The notes beneath the pieces are model-generated. The model was not told the origin of the DNA and did no database searches. It saw only the letters and a program-made list of their open reading frames with translations. 64,000 nt of DNA, taken from contig BQFW01000001.1 of assembly GCA_020891255.1 (NCBI GenBank), positions 62,001 through 126,000 of the forward strand. Reading direction: 5' to 3'. Below are positions 25,913 to 36,036 of this stretch, piece by piece (within the stretch, counting starts at the first letter, position 1; each line of letters opens with the position of its first letter). The translations under genes were made by a program, and so were the position numbers. Source of the stretch: Entomortierella parvispora E1425 (Eukaryota; Fungi; Mortierellomycota).

Positions 25913-26394
25913 CGCAGGGTCCAACTGCAGAGGACGGGGGTTCTGAATGGAGTTTGTGAGGGGAAGAGAAAGAGAGCGCATGAGCGCGTGCGAGGTTAAG
26001 TGAGCAGGACCATGGCCATGGGTTGTCGACATTGAGCGCAGGCGAGGAGCGAGATGCGGATGACAGACAAGCGGAGGGTGGAGAAAAGAAGAAAAAAAAA
26101 AAAAAAAAAAAAAAAGACCGAAGGACCGACTGAACTGAACGAAAGTAAAGGGCGGCAGATGCGACGCCACCAAATTCATCATTCCACGTCACCTGGACCG
26201 AAATAGAGAAAGACACCATGTCCCAGGCACCTTCACTTTCGCAACTATTTATTTCCACACGCTGGCACTCTCGAGTCGGCATCAACGATCTTTATGTAGT
26301 GGAGCACATTAGAAATATATATCAAGTTAAACTACATAATTACATATGTAAAAAAAGTGTCGTTCTTGTCGCTCGGTCCTCCTTGTCCTCTTTC

Positions 26395-27065
26395 TTAGAT
26401 CTCGTACAGTCCTTGTTCATAGCCCATGGCGATCGTCTTCTGGAAGGGATACAAGCGCATGCGCACATAGAATCGCCAGACCACAAAGTACATGTACAGG
26501 TTCAGCACATAGTCCACCACAAGACCCGCGATGAAGAGCATGATGAACGTGTTAATGGGCGTGTTGCAGTAGAAGGCGGCCGCAGTCCCCTCAGGACTGT
26601 ATCCCTTGTCATCCACCGCTCCCCAGCACTCGGACGAGATCTGGTCCTTGTTCTGTTCCAGCTGGAACGCCATCATGCCAATACGGGCCGTGGCCAAGAA
26701 AGCCACCAACCACTCTACAAAGACAAACATCCTTGTCATCATATAGGACCACTATTGTTTTTGAATAGAGAGCGAGAGCCAAGGTCAGTCGGACAATGAA
26801 GAGGACGCACAGACGAGACGAAAACACCTTTAACACCTAGGTCAATCCCACTTACATTACAGAGCCCGAGAAAAGCGATTCCGGCTGTGATGGCCTGAAT
26901 GACCGAGAAACCTGCAAAGAGCATGGCCATGGTCGAGGAGAAGAAGTAGGCCCCCCACAGGAAGAGGAGGATACCTCCAATGGCGTTGATTAAGATGACC
27001 AGTCCTGCCAACCACATGGCGCCTCCACGGACCGGAAAGCACAGGCAGCAGTTGTTGCACCACAT
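26395..27065 (-). CDS. small four-transmembrane (tetraspan-like) membrane protein; 2 exons (27065-26856, 26751-26395)
   Basis: Cys-rich N-terminus (MWCNNCCLCFP), four hydrophobic segments and a Cys-containing loop. The GTAAGT..ATAG intron joins the exons in frame. Confidence 0.72.
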
Positions 27066-28380
27066 TCTGGTAGCGAGTTAAGGTTGTAGATAGAGAGCGA
27101 GAGAGAGAGAGAGAAAGAGAGAGAAAGAGAAGAGGGGTGTGGTGCCTACAAGTCTAGTTCGAGTAGACAATCAATCGTGTCGGTTCAAGTCGATGGGCGA
27201 TTCCTGGCCAGGTAAAAGCGGATGAAAGGCAGCAAGAGATCCAAGAGAAAGGCTGAAGAAGAGAGGGGAGAAGGTGGCAACTGTGAGGAGGTTCGGGGGT
27301 GGAGTGTCGACAAGAGGCGTCCAAGGAAGGATGGTATGAAGGGGCTGATATGTTGCGAGGTTCTAGGGGTCTCAGGAGCGAAGAAGACAACAATAACAGA
27401 GTGGGGAAGGAGCAAAAAGAACAGGAATGGAGGAAACCAAGAGCGAGAAGAAAAGAAAAAGTACAAAGAGGCAAGGAGGGAGAGAAGAAAAGGAACGAAG
27501 GGCAGAGCAGGAACCGCCAGGTCACACTGTCACTCCCAAACTGACAAAGTAGGATAGCCCTGGGCGACATGCCATGATGCAGGCACACATCATCAAAGAG
27601 CTGACTGGCAGATCGGATGGGTTGTCAGTCGGTTCCTGACGCCCTTCTCTCTCTAAAAAAAAAGAAAAAGGGTGACTTTTTTGGATACTATCATTCGTGC
27701 ACGTTGTGTTTGTGCCAGAGGGAGTAGGATCCCATTGCTCGGACAGGGGCTTCTTCTCCGCAGGTAGCCCCTTTCTTTTAGCAGACAGGGCATGTGCCGG
27801 TGTGATCAGTCTTGGTTTACCCTGGCTGCATGTGGTGTGTAAGCAACACACACACAGAGAGAGAAGCAGGGGCACGCTTCGGCCATGTGGTCCATGCTCT
27901 GCCTCACAGATCAAAGCCAAAAATAACATTGGTGTTTATCGTGTTTTTGGTTGTGAACTTGTGCGAGCAAGGTCGCGCTCTCTAACGCCACAGCACAGCC
28001 CTCGTTTCGTCCACACTTGTGATTGACGAGGAGCAGGCCGCCAAGGACAGGACACACGTGCATGATGGAAAGTGCACCTGTTCTCTTTTGTCTCTGTCAC
28101 CAGCGCATGGACCATCCTATTCAATGTCAAACCGTTTTGATCATAAGTTCGTACATGGAACGTTTGGGAAAATTCAGTCGCTCTCATTTATTGGGCGTGT
28201 GTAAATACTGAGCTTGGCCTTACTTGACCATGTCGATTCTCGCCGTTAGAGAATATCATGTAGCAAACATGAGACCGGAGAGAGAAAGGGAAAAATAAGT
28301 CGAGTTGGTGAACTATTGACTGGCAGTTACGGAGCCATAAAAAAAAAGAACCTAGCCATGGATGGTGAGATGGTCCTGAT

Positions 28381-28660
28381 TGTTACGACCCCCTGCTCCG
28401 GGCCCTGGCAAGAGAACACCTCCACGAAAGCAATGAATTGCCACCACCTCACAATTCTTGCAGAATATCGAAAACGAGGATGGATGAGAGACGTGCGCAT
28501 CGTCCTCTGCCCTTCCATAGATTCTGGCCCATCATTTTGTCATAAACAACCTACTGCAGTGCAACATATGCTCGGCACACAGCGAAGAATGAGGAAATGC
28601 CCTTGCTTGTTACGACCTCCTGCTCCGGGCCTTGGCAAGAGAGCACCCCACGAGAACGAA
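28381..28660. repeat. two ~50-bp direct repeats starting TGTTACGACC (28381 and 28608); possible LTR remnants
   Basis: tgttacgacc(c/t)cctgctccgggcc(c/t)tggcaagaga(a/g)cacc occurs twice. TGTTAC is a common LTR 5' end, but no matching 3' end was found. Confidence 0.5.
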
Positions 28661-28861
28661 GATCGACCCTCGTAAATTTTTTGCGGTGACGTTTTCATGC
28701 GCCAAATGCGCCGTGAACAGGAGCCTTGCTTTTGCCCTTTGTTCTCTCTCATATTCTCTAGCTTCCAACTACAGTCCACTCTAGCACTCGCCTCACTCTT
28801 GTTTTCCCGCGGCACCCACTTTATTGTTACGTGAAAGCCCATCAAATCCTATTGCCATCAG

Positions 28862-29760
28862 TTGTTCGATTGCTATCGCTTGGATGACGCTGGCAAAATG
28901 CAAAAAGAGCAGCTCCTGGAGCAGGCTAGGAGCCAGATGAGTGAAAGGATGTAGACACTGATGAAGGCGGATCGGTGCACAAGACGCCAAGATGTGCGGT
29001 CGTACCATTGACATGCCGTGCCTCAAAACGCAAGCATTGTTCACACCACAAGAGTGGAGGGAGGTTGTCTCAAAAGCTCCGCATCTGCACAAAAGGACTT
29101 TGGCCTTTATTGAGAAGCTGCATCGAGACCCTTTGCGAGGATAAGCACCTGTATACCGTCCCGCTTCCCAACGACTCTACCATGTGTGATGCCGATTTAT
29201 TCGACTACAAGTCAAGAGTCAAGACAGGGGTCGAATGGTAAATTACATTAACGTTTTACTTCTATGATTCGGTCAAACCATGACGGATAGGGAAAGGCAA
29301 CCATTAAACTTGCTTGGAATCGAATCACCCCAGAAGCCGCATTGAACGCTGTTATAAATGTTTTACCGAGATACAGGGAGTAAGTCATTTCTTTGGATGC
29401 AGAAGCTTGGGACAGTTGAATACTAATCCTATTATTGCTTTGCAGCTTAGGCACAGGCTATACACCAAAGAGCCCTGATGCCAGACAACTTTGCAACTCT
29501 ACTCGAAGCCGGCGCTGACGTTTGCAACAATGCAATCGAGAATCGACTAGCTGGAATCTCTACACGAAACCTCCAGTTTCGACAACTGGCGCCACCGTTT
29601 GTTGTTGACGACCTTTCCGAGTCCTGATGGGCACGCGCGTCATAGGCCATCCTCTTTAATCTGCTTGACGATGTTCCTAGCATCCTCAAATAAATTCGCT
29701 CTTGCCAAAATGTAAAGGACGTGTGGAGTACGGACCAAGTTGGTGAAAGAATTGGGAAAG
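28862..29760 (+). pseudogene. decayed gene of a Mucoromycota multi-copy hypothetical family (LFTPQEWREVV; DLSES*WARAS*AILFNLLDDVP)
   Basis: Protein-like segments interrupted by stops, including TGA at 29625 and TAG at 29643 at positions where Trp (TGG) would fit. Family assignment is by motif memory. Confidence 0.4.
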
Positions 29761-31942
29761 ATAGTCCCCAGATCTACTCTATAGAATCCAGGCCAGAGCC
29801 GGGGCTCTGAAAGAGAAATTAAAAAAAAAATGCGAATCAGATCATAATCGACCTCAAGAAAAAAAGACTGATGACAGTGTGCTCGTACAGTAGTGATTGC
29901 ACTTCTTTCAAGAACAAGAGTGGAAGAAAAGGGAGTTACAAAATACTGTAGTTCAAGATCTTCCACACTCCTTGTAATACACCTTGGCCAGCCTGGGTGA
30001 ACAAAAGTTATTATTGACCAAATACCGAGTGGATTAGTGGCCCCCCTCCCCCCTCTTCTCTTTTTTGTCGCAATGACTGTAGTGGAAAGAAAGGTTGAAT
30101 GAAAGGTATCATTATTCAATAAGGATCGGTGTTGACATCAGCCAAAGGAGAGTGAACGTAATGAAGATGGATTGGTCGGCCTGTGCCTTGGATGATAAAT
30201 TCTTCAATTTATTTTATTATGTGGGTGGGTTGCTGCCACTGTGGGCGGGGCTAGCATGGTCAGCGAGCAGGATATGGAGATTGCGTGATCTAAACTGCAG
30301 TCCCTCCACTCATGTTGCACTTCTGGGGGCCGGCTCACAGCGTCTGGGTAGTCAAGTCTCATACGGATGATCGTACAATCTAAAAGATTGATGCGTCTAA
30401 TCAGGCACCTAATTGCAGAAGCTACCCCCGCCGTGAGGGAGATAGAAGAGGGGGAGGAGGTTGTGAGGGGTGCTAGTCTAGGGATGTAAGTGTATGGAGT
30501 GAGGGCGGCTAAGGCGGGGCGGAGCCCACTGGGAGAGGACGAGGAGATGGCGTCGAATCAACGATGTGGCGGGTTGGAGAAGGAGCTGGTAGCAGCGGAT
30601 GGACGGGGGATTAAAGATTGACGCCCTGGAATGTTGGTCGAGAAGGAGGGGCTAGCAGCGACAGACGAATGAGGCCGGACAGGGGGACCGGGGGGAGCGA
30701 TGGAGGGGGGAAAAGAGGGGGCGGCGAACGAACGAGGGAGTGCGATTGCGCTGGGGCGCGCGGTCCAGGGGGGTAGAGGAGGAAGAAGAGTATGCAAAGA
30801 CGGCAGACGGGAGGAGATGTCAGTTGGCACTGAGAAGAGCCTTCACAAAAAAACAAACAAAAAAAAAACACAAAAACGATATACACTGGTGGAGACTTGG
30901 GTAATGATCTGAGGGAATCGTTGGACGACTGAAGGAGAGAAGAAAATGTATACTTGGAGAGTGGGCAAGTTTGAACTCGTACTGGCGTGTGCCCATGTTC
31001 ATACGTACCCTGTCCCTCCACTTCCATAAACTCAACCCTCCCGCGTTTTCCACGATCTATAGCACGATAAATCACATTAGACATTAACTCCGTTGTGTAC
31101 TCTGCGGCACATTCTCATCTACTTGCTAAAATACCTTCGTGGACACTCTCGCGATGTCTCTCGTGACCTCGGCTGGAGACATCTAATTATGATAATAATG
31201 ATAAAGCTGATGGCAGTATGCTCTAAGGGAACTATGGAGACTGCGAGCTTCCCTCAACTTTCTCTGAGTTTCTCAGCAAATCAAAGAGAGTATGAAGGTC
31301 ACCCCCAGCCTCCAAAAAATCTCTGGAAGCCAATTTCCTGGCGTATGAGGGAGGTTGGCTGCCGTTTGAGGCACCTCCACTTTCTCACCATCCACAGAAC
31401 GAATCCTGAGGCGCTGGAGTAGCGGTGAATATCTATCCCAAGGAACAAGGGATGACGGTATTGGATCCATAGCACAAATGGTTATTGAGGGCACGAACAG
31501 TGTGTGACAAAGAAGCCATCTTTGAGGTGGATCCCAAAACAGTGGGCGTCGCACAGACTGCGAGTGGTTGCGGTAAAAGAGGAAGTAATGCCGGAAAGCC
31601 AGGGACTATTCCCGGGGGTGGCACCGACAACACGCATCGCTGTACTTACATGTTACGACATATCGGTAAGCGTGGGCTATAAAATGAGGCAGGAGGTGCA
31701 GTCGAGCGTGGAAGTAAATGGCGTGGAAGGAAGTGAGGGGGGGAAGGAGCTGAGGAAAAAAGAAAGTCGGTTTATAAGGGTCCGCGTCGGCTGACAATGA
31801 GCTTACTTTGTCATGATGCAAATGATCATCGGTGTCTCGCTGATCTGATGCCGTCAAGTTGGCCCCATACTCCAGTTCTTCTTGGTGCTTGCTCGGACCT
31901 CTGAAGGATGGCATGCGGCCTTGCCTAGAGTGAATCCCACAA

Positions 31943-32495
31943 AACCTTCATCACCGATCAACATTGTTTCGGGCTCCTCTGTATCATGTAGTAAGTCATG
32001 GCTGTAGATCCAGCGCGATCTTAATGTGGATCCCGCTCACTTCTTCCCCTCTACAATCCATGTCAGAACAAGACTGAGAGGACAGAGCACTGATGGGCAC
32101 TGATGGGTTGTGGTCCAAAAGCGTGTGTGTGGTTGTGCGCGCAGGGTGCTGCCGTTATTTCCAGCATGTTCCTTTCCAACAATGTAGCACTGTGGGACAC
32201 AAACAAGAATGATCGTTTTGATGCCTCACCTCGCTTCTTTTTTTTTTTTTTTTTTTTTTGCTTTGAAACTGACTTTCTCTCTTTGTCTTGATCTTTCTAT
32301 ATGCACAAACACGCAGACACTAAGCCTACCCTACCCTGTTCTCAGAAACAGCCTCTTGCTCCTGTCATGATTCTCCACGAAAACACCATACCTCAGCTCA
32401 GCCTTCTCAGGAACCAACCACGATATGACTATATTCGATGGCACCAGATTTCAGCAAGTCCTGGATCAGTTTGCGCATGATCAGAACGGTGTCGC
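31943..32495. repeat. left arm of a ~553-bp near-perfect inverted repeat (partner 37586-38139)
   Basis: Reverse-complement comparison shows identity throughout the compared sequence apart from the length of the poly-T/poly-A run. Confidence 0.95.
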
Positions 32496-32844
32496 TCTTG
32501 AAATATATGGAGACTCGGCCTACACCGCCAATGGCCACGTTTTGATCGGCTATCGAGGAAACGGACTGCCTCCAGACCAGATCGCATTCAACCGCGTCAT
32601 GTCCAGTCTACGTGCCACGATCGAGTGGACCTTCAAACACATCGCGCAACAGTTCATGGGAATCGACTTTCCTCCGACTCATCGACTCCTGTCCACATGG
32701 ATCGAAGGTCACTATAGATTCGCATCTTTGTTTTCCAATATCCACACATGCTACAATGGTGGAGAGGTGAGCACCTATTTCAATATCAATCCTCCCACAG
32801 TACAAGAGTACATTAGTGCAGCAGCAATGAGCGTTTTATTTTGA
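32389..32844 (+). mobile_element. 5'-truncated PIF/Harbinger-type DDE transposase (DDE_Tnp_4 C-terminal half)
   Basis: SGTNHD...IYGDSAY...FNRVMSSLRATIEWTF...SNIHTCYNG...YFNINPPTVQEY matches the G..HD / GD.AY / N..MS..R..IEW.F catalytic motifs of Harbinger-family transposases. The N-terminal half is absent. Confidence 0.85.
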
Positions 32845-32892
32845 GATATTAACTTAAATTATATTACAATGAAGAACTATAGGACGTCAAAT

Positions 32893-34191
32893 TCATTTTT
32901 TGAAGGATGCCATCATTTCAGCGAAGGCCTTAGCTTGCAGCATGAGGGCCTCTGCCGTCTTAGCTGCAGCCTCCGCCTGAATCTTGATCGCTTCCGACTG
33001 ATTCTTCAAAAAGGCGGAAAGCTCAGCTTGTTGAGCACTCTGGGCAAGATGTCGCCTTTCTTCCGCTTCCATCTTTTCCTGGAATCTCCTCCTTTTTTCG
33101 ATACGATCTTCCTTCCATTCATTGAGATGTTGCTCCTGTAATTTGAAGTGTTGCTCCTGCATTTCTGCTTGTTTCGCTCCATTCGCCATCGCAGCCTGCA
33201 TGTTCAAAACCAACTGGGCTTGAGCAGTCTTTCTCTTCAGAGCAGGCGTTCGTGGTTGGTGCGATGTAGTACTTGACTCCGACTCTGTTCTAGATGAAAT
33301 TCGACCAAATTGTGCAGGCGAAGGCGAAGAATTACCTTGTAAGTCTGACACCAGTTCATTAAGTATGATATCCAGTGGACGTTGTCGTGGTGTTGTTGGC
33401 GTTGGTGTTGCGGATCGAGATGAGCTTGGGGACGCAGATCGAGACGAGTTCGGGGTTGATGCTGAAGACAGGGCATACCGAGGTCCAGCTCGAGACCGTT
33501 CCAAGAGTTCTAAGCCATTCGCCTTATTGGTTTCCACGTGTTCCCTTGCCAACATCATTTGATTGCTCCGTTGCGAGTTTGCCTCTCGGGCTGCAAGTTC
33601 ATGCTCATATACAGATTTGCTGTACTTTAGGACCTCAGTGAGCTCAGGGTTGATTCCTGTACCCGTTTTGAGTCGACACTCATATTCTTGATAGGCTTTG
33701 GAGAGGGCATTCCAGTTCTCCCTACAGGTCCGTGTTGTGACGCCCTCAAAAACTCTTGGTTGTCCTGCCTTCTCTTGATCGTCATCATAGCGATGAAGCT
33801 GCACAACGACCAACCCCCAAGCTTCTTCTGTCTTACCATAGCCAGCCGCGAATGGCCTCACAACCTCCAACACCTTGAGAAGCTCTATCTGCAACGTGGA
33901 TTTCCTCTGTTTATCCACAGGTACGCTCATAATGTCGGTGGAGGCTCCAATTTCCATTGCAAGAAGGCCGTCAGCGACGTCCGGCATATTTCCCGTCTCC
34001 TCATTTGCCTCGTCTGCATGGACCCCAGAATCAATGTTGGACAGCGATGTATCGTTTGATATGTTCCCAATTCCTTGGTTGAGATCAAATTGGTCTAGAT
34101 TCCCTTGATTCCCGTCGTCGAGGTGGTTCATGATAGTGGGAGGATGCGAAGGATCAGTGCGTTCTGCCTTCATCTCGAACGCGATGCGCAT
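32893..34191 (-). CDS. Myb/SANT-like (trihelix) DNA-binding protein, accessory ORF of the PIF/Harbinger element
   Basis: An uninterrupted frame of >400 codons lies tail-to-tail with the transposase (48-bp gap). The motif LLKVL...RPFAAGYG...AW..V...L...TTRTCRENW..L..Y...LKTGTG is followed by a low-complexity linker and C-terminal coiled coil. The start could be 34191, 34173 or 34131. Confidence 0.72.
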   Translation of the reverse strand: MRIAFEMKAERTDPSHPPTIMNHLDDGNQGNLDQFDLNQGIGNISNDTSLSNIDSGVHADEANEETGNMPDVADGLLAMEIGASTDIMSVPVDKQRKSTLQIELLKVLEVVRPFAAGYGKTEEAWGLVVVQLHRYDDDQEKAGQPRVFEGVTTRTCRENWNALSKAYQEYECRLKTGTGINPELTEVLKYSKSVYEHELAAREANSQRSNQMMLAREHVETNKANGLELLERSRAGPRYALSSASTPNSSRSASPSSSRSATPTPTTPRQRPLDIILNELVSDLQGNSSPSPAQFGRISSRTESESSTTSHQPRTPALKRKTAQAQLVLNMQAAMANGAKQAEMQEQHFKLQEQHLNEWKEDRIEKRRRFQEKMEAEERRHLAQSAQQAELSAFLKNQSEAIKIQAEAAAKTAEALMLQAKAFAEMMASFKK

Positions 34192-34472
34192 TTTATTCTC
34201 ACACAAGCCACACGGTTTTTTTCTTACTTCTCCCACTAGTGGCTTAGGAGGAGTCGGAACTTCCAGTACATGAAAAATATTTTAAGGGGTGGGTTTTGTT
34301 GGCTGGAGCTCATCACTGTACGTGAAATTCGGGCCACACGAACACGAAAAAAAACACGAAATGACATCCCTCCATCGTCATGCCAGGTTTGATACGAGGC
34401 TGCAAGTGCCGACCGTTGTTCTTTTTTTTTCTCTTTACCTCTCTACATCTACACACCCAGAAACATCTAACA

Positions 34473-34712
34473 ATGCCCTACCCCGACATCAAAGATCTCC
34501 CCGGCTCCGTTCAAGAGCACCTCCCCAAACACGCCCAAGAGATCTACAAGGAAGCCTTCAACCATGCTTGGGAGGAATACAAGGATCCAAAAGACCGCCA
34601 AGATGAGCACTCGTCGCGCGAGCAGACGGCTCATAAAGTAGCCTGGGCTGCTGTGAAGCACAAGTACGAGAAGAATGAGAACACTGGCAACTGGGTTGCA
34701 AAGACAGAGTGA
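34473..34712 (+). CDS. chaB: ChaB-family protein (79 aa), bacterial-type, intronless
   Basis: MPYPDIKDLPGSVQEHLPKHAQEIYKEAFNHAWEEYKDPKDRQDEHSSREQTAHKVAWAAVKHKYEK closely follows the ChaB consensus MPY....LP.SV...LP.HAQ.IY..AFN.AW..Y.........REE.AHKVAWAAVK..Y.K. The start context (ctaacaATG) is fungal-type. Confidence 0.93.
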   Translation: MPYPDIKDLPGSVQEHLPKHAQEIYKEAFNHAWEEYKDPKDRQDEHSSREQTAHKVAWAAVKHKYEKNENTGNWVAKTE

Positions 34713-35231
34713 TTTGAAGTCCGGATCCTCTCCTCAAACCTCGCATCTTTCCATATAAAGCAAAAGTTGTTTCCCAAAACATGCTGTCTCGTCGCATGCT
34801 TCACCTGTCTGTATATCATATAAAGACTGTGTGAGATTGACGACAGATATATAGCTCTGTTTGAAACTGGCTGGGACTTGTCATTGTTTAGCATGGCCTC
34901 CATTCAAATTGCGACTGTACTATTGGAATAGCCAATGGTTGTTGGAAGACGGAATGCTCTAAATAGACGATGGTTCTTGGTTCAACCCTTTGGGAACACG
35001 ACAGCATCTTGAGTAGTAGCCCAACGTCACAAGAGAAGCAGGTAAAGAAACCTCTCTTTAGCAGTATCAAATAGGCACAGAGCCTGCGTTGAGTGGGGCT
35101 CACAGATATGCTTCTCATGGGAGCGGGAGATACGAGAGGATACTTCTTCACCCTCCAAAAATGGCGTTGAGGGCCGGGAGTATATGGCCTTGCAGGATTC
35201 AGGAATTCGTTACGTCACGTGACGATTCCGT

Positions 35232-35392
35232 GCGGGATCCACACTAAGATCGCTGGATCTACAGCCATGGCTTCCAACATGATATAGAGGAGCCCGAAAC
35301 AATGTTGATCGGTGATGAAGGTTCAACATGGATGGACATGAACGGGAGGATGTCTAAGAGTATACTGATGGGGTGTGTGTGTGGTTGTGCGC
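35232..35392. repeat. third, rearranged partial copy of the inverted-repeat module
   Basis: 35232-35364 is a diverged direct copy of 38046-38180. It is fused to ctgatggg..gtgtgtgtggttgtgcgcgc, which matches ~32100-32142 in the opposite module orientation. Confidence 0.85.
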
Positions 35393-35677
35393 GCCCGGAA
35401 TCCTCACGTGACGTAAAGGAGTTCCTGCTCGCTCTTGCTTCATTTACGTTCTTCATTATTTAATTCATTCCCGCGCGTCATTGCGGACATTTTCATCGCG
35501 CGCTTGGCGTTCTCTCCCTCTTTCATTTGCTCAACCACTCTCTGTCATATCCACTTGCTCCTCAAGTACTGCGTGAAGTTACATCAAGGTAAGTATAACG
35601 GTCTTTACAGCACCGTTGTTTTCTCCCTTTTGAACAACCCTGGCAAATGCAGAGGTATGATGTGATGCAACCATGTT

Positions 35678-36036
35678 CTTGCGACATGGTTTATTGCTGT
35701 GGCCTCTCTTGCAATGACGACTGTGTCGGGCACTCGTTCCGGCAGTCAACTCGTTGTTTTCTGAGATGGCGAGCACAGCGATCGCGTCTGGAAACCTCCG
35801 GTGATTGCTGAGCTTGCTCTCCGTGATGATATGTACGAGTACCATAGCTGCGTCCCTTGCGACGTGATGCTATCTCTGTGGCCTCTCTTTGCAATAACGA
35901 CTGCGTCTGGCACTCGTTCCGGCAGTCAACTCGTCGTTTTCTGAGATGGCGAGCACGACGATCGCGCCTGGAAACCTCCGGTGATTGTTGAGCTTGCTTT
36001 CCGTGATGATATGTACGCGTACAGTAGCTGCGCCCG
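35678..36036. repeat. tandem duplication with ~180-bp period (two diverged units)
   Basis: ctgtggcctctctt(t)gcaat...cactcgttccggcagtcaactcg...ccgtgatgatatgtacg is repeated at 35697 and 35876. Confidence 0.92.

Noticed and set aside
27176-27200. GGTTCAAGTC resembling a tRNA T-loop
   Set aside because: No T-stem, acceptor stem or D-arm pairing. Similar hits at ~22675 and ~15285 also fail.
30100-30830. Pro/Ser-rich minus-strand reading frames, possibly the 5' part of a non-LTR retroelement
   Set aside because: Low complexity, with stops and no endonuclease or RT motif.
31150-31683. Stop-riddled frame containing TASGCGK, like a Crinkler-type Walker A motif
   Set aside because: It is a single short motif with an incomplete GKT and several stops, so it cannot be assigned without a search.
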